Shown here one piece after another: positions 57,805-64,000 of a stretch of 64,000 bases of DNA. This DNA comes from an uncultured virus (IMG/VR IMGVR_UViG_3300003320_000087). Lineage: Duplodnaviria > Heunggongvirae > Uroviricota > Caudoviricetes. The stretch spans positions 62,001 through 126,000 of IMG/VR virus record IMGVR_UViG_3300003320_000087. One strand, written 5' to 3'. The position numbers and the translations under genes are program-made. Each line of letters opens with the position of its first letter. The first letter of the stretch is position 1. The notes under the pieces were generated by a model, which saw nothing but the letters and a program-made list of their open reading frames with translations, made no database searches and was not told the DNA's origin.

Positions 57805-59186
57805 GACCTCAAAATCAGAAATACGCGGGGTGTTTTCCCTTGACACCCCGCAAGCTATGAACAACCTAATTATTGCAGGAATCGCATCCTTTGTCATGGC
57901 ATTTGTTTGCCTGATGGCTTCTACAATTCTAGAGGGGTTCGAAATGTTTGCTGCCGGATTTTTTGCGGCGGCTGTGTATTGGATACTTGCAGGCATGTTG
58001 CCCGATGGTGTTGACAGCCCCGAAGCAAGCGAGTAGGGTAGTAACCAGAAAGCTTCAATTTGAGGAGAAAAAATGTATCACAAGATTGCCGCTAGGAAGT
58101 CACTCGCTGCACTGGCTAACTTCTTTATCTGTGCTGTAAATGCCTCAATTGCATGGGTTTCCTACAATGCAGGAAGCTCATTGTATGGAGTGAACATCGT
58201 TTTCAGCATCTTCAGTGGAGTCCTTGCCCTTGGTAACTTCTTCGGTTATCTTGAGGCCAAGGATAGGGCGAATGCCGAAGACATGTACAATGAGGTTTAT
58301 GGCCGTCGTCGTTAGCAATACCGGCCCGAAAGGGCCAAGCTTTCTGAATAGGAGAAGAAATGCCTAAGGAAACTGTCAAGTACGAAATCGAGCGGATTCC
58401 CAATGGAATGTACCGCAGTTCTATCACTCGTAAGCTAAATGGCGAGTGGAAGGAAATGCATCGCGAGATTACCCACACAATGTGGGGCGGAAAGTTTCAC
58501 TGTAAGCGCTGGATTAAGAAGTGGGCTAACGGAAACTACCGGCAGCACAGCTATATGAACCTTGTGACTGTTGACCGTAAGTGGTAAACCGGCAACATCG
58601 CCCCGGAAACGGGGCAAGCTTCCCAACTAACTAAGGAATGTAATGAAGACTTACAAGGCTCGAATTGCTGCTGTCATTCTTGTTGTCGTTGGCTTCACTG
58701 GTGCTCACGTGAGGAACGATTGGATTGGAAATCTGACAGTTGTGGGAATGCTCATCGGTTCCTGGGTAGCGATGAATCTCATCATTGATAACATTAAGGA
58801 TGAGAAGAGCAGCTAAAAATCCGCCCGGCTTTATGTCGGGCAAGCTTTCCTTCTAGATGATAATTGGATATCAATACTAGGAGGACAAAATGAAGATATG
58901 GGTTATTACGACAGAGTGCGCTTGTGGATGGTACTCTGGAGAAGAAATCGCTGGAGCCTACAGCACTGAAGAAAAGGCTAAGGAAGCCTTGAAGGAATTC
59001 AACGGAGAATTCTATTACATCAGTGAACTGGAGGTAAAGTGAAGGTTTGGCTGGTAAGTGAAGGTAATTGCAACTGCTGCATGTATGTTGCGGCTGTCTT
59101 TTCAACAGAAGAGAAGGCTAAGGCTTACGAAACTGACAGCGAATTCGTAGAAATTAACTTTCACATTGTAGATGAAGGGGAATAAA

Positions 59187-59768
59187 ATGGCTAGGTTCTT
59201 TACCAGCGATACGCATTTTGGCCATCAGCGTATTATAGAGCTGTGCAATCGCCCATTCAGTTCTGTTGAGGAAATGAATGAGGCTATGATTGAGCGGTGG
59301 AATGCAGTTGTGCGACCGACTGATACCGTTTACCATATGGGTGATGTTGCCATGGGTAGGATTGCAGAATCTCTGCCACTTGTTGGCAGGCTGAATGGTC
59401 GTAAGAAGCTGGTTCCTGGTAATCATGACCGGATTTTCTCTGGAGAAAAGGCAAAGCAGCGAGAGCGTTTTACTCCAGAGTATGAGAAGGTGTTTCAGGA
59501 GATTCTTCCTGAGCAGGTTGCTCTGAATCTGGATGGTCGTTGGGATGGCGTCTTTCCTATTCTGTGCCATTTCCCATACAGTGGTGATTCTCATGGGGAA
59601 GACCGTTATGCTGATAAGCGCCCCATTGATGTCGGCACCCCGCTGATTCACGGTCATGTTCATGATTCATGGCAGTTTAACGGCCGGATGTTTAATGTGG
59701 GTGTTGATGTAAATAACTTCACTCCTGTCCATGAAGATGTGGTTAGGGATTGGATTAAGAGTCTGTAA
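59187..59768 (+). CDS. Calcineurin-like metallophosphoesterase
   Basis: FTSDTHFGH, RPF, GD, GNHD, HFP, HGHVH, NVGVD. Confidence 0.88.
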   Translation: MARFFTSDTHFGHQRIIELCNRPFSSVEEMNEAMIERWNAVVRPTDTVYHMGDVAMGRIAESLPLVGRLNGRKKLVPGNHDRIFSGEKAKQRERFTPEYEKVFQEILPEQVALNLDGRWDGVFPILCHFPYSGDSHGEDRYADKRPIDVGTPLIHGHVHDSWQFNGRMFNVGVDVNNFTPVHEDVVRDWIKSL

Positions 59769-60656
59769 TATGATGGGGTGGAAACACCCCATCAAGCTTC
59801 CAACAAAGGAGACATCATGACCCTTTATCAGTTTTCTTGGTGGGATTTGATTCCGCTTCCGTTGCTCATTCTGGCCCTTCGTTCAATGTTTTTTCGGCGG
59901 GTTGTTGGTCAGACAAACAACAAGGAATCAGCCGGATATATGGCATTGTACAGCCTAACATATATGGTGATTGATATCATTCGCCACCGTACAGGATATG
60001 CTGTTTTTGATGCCGGAATGTTTGCTCTTTGGGCACATTCGTGGTGGAATTCTGGTGGCGGAGATTCTGTTAAGAACTTCATTCGGAGTTTTGGATTGAA
60101 GCCCGCAGTAAATTGAAATACCGCCCAATGAAAATTGGGCAAGCTTTCTAACAACAGGAGATATAATGTCTGTACAGACAACTCGAAAGACCATCTGTGA
60201 TAGATGTGGTAACGAAGTTCATGCTGAATACTGGGAAATCAGAATTGGTAAGCTAAAGTGGAAGCGATATAAGAAGACGCATATTGGGCGGCTGTCTTGG
60301 ATGAAGCTGCAAAATGGCAGTGGTTCGATGCTGTGTGATATGGAGCTGGACCTTTGTGTTGACTGTTCAGAATTGTTTCATGTATTTATGAGCAATAAGT
60401 AAATTAAAAGCCCTTCGGGGCAAGCTTGACACAACACACAGTACAAAGATTGTCTGTGTAGCTCTGTGGGAGGATAAATGAACGTAGCACGAGAGTTGAG
60501 GCGGAGGGAACATTCTAGGCCCGGACATAAGCTCAGAGACGCTACGGATGAGGTGACCAGGAAGAACGTTGACGTGACAACCCGCCGTTTTTACCGCTGC
60601 TCATGTAGTTGGTTCGGATGGTTGACAGTCATCGATGATGAGACTAGAGTGAAGCC

Positions 60657-60971
60657 ATGAAGATTTGGCTTGATGACGAGAGAGACCCGCAAGATTGGGT
60701 GGACAATCCGAAGTCTTGGTTTTGGGTCAAGAACAGTTACGATGCAATTGAGCTTCTTGACGACATTCGTCGCAAGGGTAATTCAATTGATGTCATGTCG
60801 TTCGACCATGACTTGGGTGGTGACGACACATCTCGCCGTGTGGTATTGTGGATGTGCGAAAACGATTTCTGGCCGGATGAGTGTCGAGTGCATTCAATGA
60901 ACAATGTTGGCCGTGAATGGCTTATTGGTATGATTGACCGATATGGACCGGGAGTTTCCTATGCACTTTAA
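60657..60971 (+). CDS. Cyclic-phosphate processing receiver-domain protein
   Basis: KIWLDDER.P, SFDHDLG, VHS.N.VG. Confidence 0.75.
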   Translation: MKIWLDDERDPQDWVDNPKSWFWVKNSYDAIELLDDIRRKGNSIDVMSFDHDLGGDDTSRRVVLWMCENDFWPDECRVHSMNNVGREWLIGMIDRYGPGVSYAL

Positions 60972-61941
60972 GCAAATCTGCAAGTGTGGTATCGTGGAGT
61001 TCGAGTGCCGTTGTTCTGCCGAGAATAAGAGGGTTGACACGCTTATGACGTGCTCTCATGAGTGGTGGGAAGACATCATCACTGAGCTTGATGAGCAGTA
61101 TGATATTGCCGCTTATTGGGATAAGCGTCACAGGTATCTGGAAATTGACCTTCCGGCTTCCCGGCACAGCCTTGAGGTTTCGCTGACCAATGTTTATGGT
61201 TTCGTTATCTCACTGGTGATTACCAACGAAACCGGCGGGGTCATGAAGGACATAACCATATTTTCTTGCGTCAATCGAAAGAACCTTGCCACCGACATTC
61301 ACAGCGTGTACAATAGCTACTGAAGAGGGATTATGACACACGATACAGAATTCCCATCTAATTGGGATATGATGACCAGTGCTGAAAGGACTGCTTGGTT
61401 AGCTAAGTGGTTCGATGCTAACGTAAGTAAGCATCAGAACATTGGGAACATGAAGCGTGCAAAGGCAGAACGTGAATGGAGGGCTTACCGCACTAAGAAC
61501 GGTAGGGGTAAGCGCAGGAAGTAGTGCCAAGTTGTCCAAGATGCAGGAAAAGCGATAAGGTACAAAAATCAAAGTCTAGGTCCATTTTAATCAAATTCAT
61601 CTGTAAGAGATGCAATCACGAATTTGAGGCGCCTTGATTTTGCGGGGGTGGGCTTTCCACCCCCAAGCTTGTCTACATAGGAGAAAAAATGATTTCCCGT
61701 AATGGATGTATTGCTTTTGCATGTGGAGCTTTTCTACTTGCCTTCGTGAATTTTATCGCGGGATTGGGTGCTGTTGTTACTCATGACCCGTTGTGGCTTG
61801 TGGGAGTAAAGTTTGCAAGTGCAGCGATTTGGTTTGCATGTTGTGCGGTGTGGGTTGTTGGAGCCATTACCCGCGAGTAACCTATTGACAGGCAGATGAA
61901 AGTCTGCCAAGCTAGCACTACCAACAGCAAGGAGGTAGGAG

Positions 61942-62382
61942 ATGCTGAACCAATATATTTGCCTAAATTGTTACAATGGCAATTGCGACGAGTGTGCTGA
62001 TAAGCACAAGGTTTTCCCTGATTGTCAGCATGAATGTAACAGGCAGAAGGAAGAGGCTCGGAAGATGAACGTCCACAAGCTTGACGTAGTTGCCGAGAAT
62101 GGTGTACCGTTCCGAGTGGTGGTGCTGGTTGACGGGAAGTCTGAGAATTTCAACACGGCTTCCTTGAGCAATAAGAGTCTGGTAGAGTTCTATGACAGGC
62201 GCTATGACTTCACCCCTGATGGTCAGTTTACCGGTCATCGTATCTACCTTGACACTGCTCTTGAAGCCTCTGTGTACACCATGAGCTTTGACCAGCCTTC
62301 TTGGCAGATGGACTCTCGTACTTCCCGAACGGTTCGCGATTGGTTGCACTTCCTGGTTGACAGGGAATCGGTTCGGGTGTAA
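61942..62382 (+). CDS. Hypothetical protein
   Basis: GGAGG SD; PFRV...LVEFYD.RY....GQF. Confidence 0.55.
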   Translation: MLNQYICLNCYNGNCDECADKHKVFPDCQHECNRQKEEARKMNVHKLDVVAENGVPFRVVVLVDGKSENFNTASLSNKSLVEFYDRRYDFTPDGQFTGHRIYLDTALEASVYTMSFDQPSWQMDSRTSRTVRDWLHFLVDRESVRV

Positions 62383-62486
62383 GGTAGTAACACGTAAAAC
62401 GGTGGGGCAAGGTGAGATAAGTTCCCCAAACTCCACCAAGCTTTCTAAACTGCCGATGACCCCGGAATGAAAATTCCGGGCGAGGA

Positions 62487-62563
62487 CAGCCCCAATAGCA
62501 TAATCCCGGCGAATGCGCCTTTAGAATAGTAGGAGATAGCAGGTTCAAATCCTGCTGGGGTTG
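62487..62563 (+). pseudogene. Degenerate tRNA or tRNA-like RNA
   Basis: CAGCCCCA/TGGGGTTG, D arm GCAT/ATGC, T arm GCAGG-TTCAAAT-CCTGC; anticodon arm not canonical. Confidence 0.5.
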
Positions 62564-63385
62564 CTAGGACAAATCTTCTGTTAGATTGTGTCCTAAGTAA
62601 AATGACCGGCTAGCTCGTGTGCAGGAACGCTAAGGGTGCTTTCGCGGGGATTCAGTTAGAATCCCACCGAACGTTTAAAGGTCCTGTTCCTGTACTAGGC
62701 GAGGGTTAATGGGCTTAGTAGGAAATCCCCGAAAAGTCACTGATAACAATTACCGGGTAGCCCAGTTAAATAGCGAGGTGGAGACGAAAGTCGTAGAAGC
62801 CAATGACCTATTTAACTGGGCTTTTTGTTTGACCAAAATCGTCTGAAGGAGACAGTAAACATGATGATTCCCGCTCCCCGTGTTGCTGAGCCTACCGTAT
62901 TGAAGTGCCGTGAGGATGGCTGTGAAGGCACTTATGAGCCGTACCGAGATGGTTCGCTGTCCTGTTACTGCGGCAGCCGCTCTAACCTCACTGTGGACGA
63001 TGTAGAGATTCTGAACATGACCATTGTGTATGAGCGTAGCGACTGCTAAGATTTATGCTGGGGATGAAAATCTCCAGCAAGCTTGCAACATCGACATTCT
63101 AATTAAGGAAACAAAATGGTGTTTTTCGTTCTGCTCCTGGTTCTCGGTTCGGCTTGGGTTATTTCTGCCTGGTCTTTCATGCTGTTCGTTGGTATGGTTC
63201 ATCATGACATTCTTCCGGCCGTGATTCCCATTTCGTATCAGACTTCTCTTCAGATTACTGGTGTGATGCTTGCGTTCACCTTTGGCTTTGCTCTTCTTTC
63301 TGGAATTCTTCGAGAGGCTGCAAAGTAGTAATCCGGCCGGATTTATTCCGGCCAAGCTTTCAACAACAAATGTGAGGTAAATTAA

Positions 63386-63760
63386 ATGCTATTCAGTGAT
63401 GCACAGAGCCTCAATGAGGGCGACGAGATGTTCGTTACCGATGGTGTTGGTCGTGCTACTCATCAGGTGGTTACCAAGCTGAGTGGCCCATACTACAATG
63501 GATTCTCAAGCCACGGTGTCCTTGTTGTCAGGGATGAGAGCAACCAGGTTCGGGTCTACAACCTTGGTGACCTAGTGATAAAGCCTGCTGTGCCTGTTGA
63601 GGGACAAACGTGGGTTCGTAAGACTGATGGTAAGAGCCGATATGTTGCTGGTGTGACAGACAATTTTGTCATCGTAAAGCAGAGTGCCGGGGCTTCTAAT
63701 GCCAGGGCATATGTGGTTGAGATGAGCCTGTTTCTGACTACGTATCGTAAGTACAGTTAG
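63386..63760 (+). CDS. Hypothetical protein
   Basis: GAGG SD after an AAGCTT hairpin. Confidence 0.55.
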   Translation: MLFSDAQSLNEGDEMFVTDGVGRATHQVVTKLSGPYYNGFSSHGVLVVRDESNQVRVYNLGDLVIKPAVPVEGQTWVRKTDGKSRYVAGVTDNFVIVKQSAGASNARAYVVEMSLFLTTYRKYS

Positions 63761-64000
63761 GATTGTCATGATTGGCTGTGTTGAGGATGCCGAATTCATT
63801 GCAGAATGGGATTTTCGGCATCCTCTTCCAGATGGGTGGAGTTTTGCCGGTGAAGGCGCAACACGTGTTGCAGTGATAAGCCCGGATGGAATTGTCTATA
63901 AGGTAGAGCTTAGTCCAGATGGTTCTAATTCAAACGAATATATGAACATTCAGAGGATTAAAAAGCTGCCTCCCATTAAGGGATGGGAAATTGCGGATGC

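Noticed and set aside
61333..61524. bldA-dependent control through a TTA codon in this small ORF
   Set aside because: One TTA was seen and TTA looks scarce elsewhere, but I could not count codons, so the claim is unsupported

Overview
A 64-kb, almost entirely + strand segment of a large lytic actinophage. SsgA-, WhiB- and Lsr2-like genes point to a Streptomyces host, and the overall style resembles the large tRNA-rich cluster BE/BK siphophages (inference, no database search). The left end has glycosyltransferases, nucleotide-metabolism genes and the terminase subunits. A very RNA-rich region follows, with about 32 tRNA genes (19 amino acids, no Thr seen), a tmRNA and many structured non-coding spacers, interleaved with small ORFs, rIIA/rIIB, RNA ligases, Sir2/macrodomain/NADAR and phosphoesterases. 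The most striking items are: (1) a Ro60/TROVE gene with six Y-RNA-like ncRNAs that share one Ro-binding stem (GG-GTCG...TTATC...TATCC) but carry different inserted modules, plus an orphan circularly permuted tRNA module; (2) more than 30 intergenic GC-rich hairpins each followed directly by AAGCTT; (3) five tRNA genes fused as discriminator-C-ATG to SD-less ORFs; (4) several structurally rearranged tRNA-like genes. All calls are by eye from motifs and base pairing, and coordinates may be off by a few nt.
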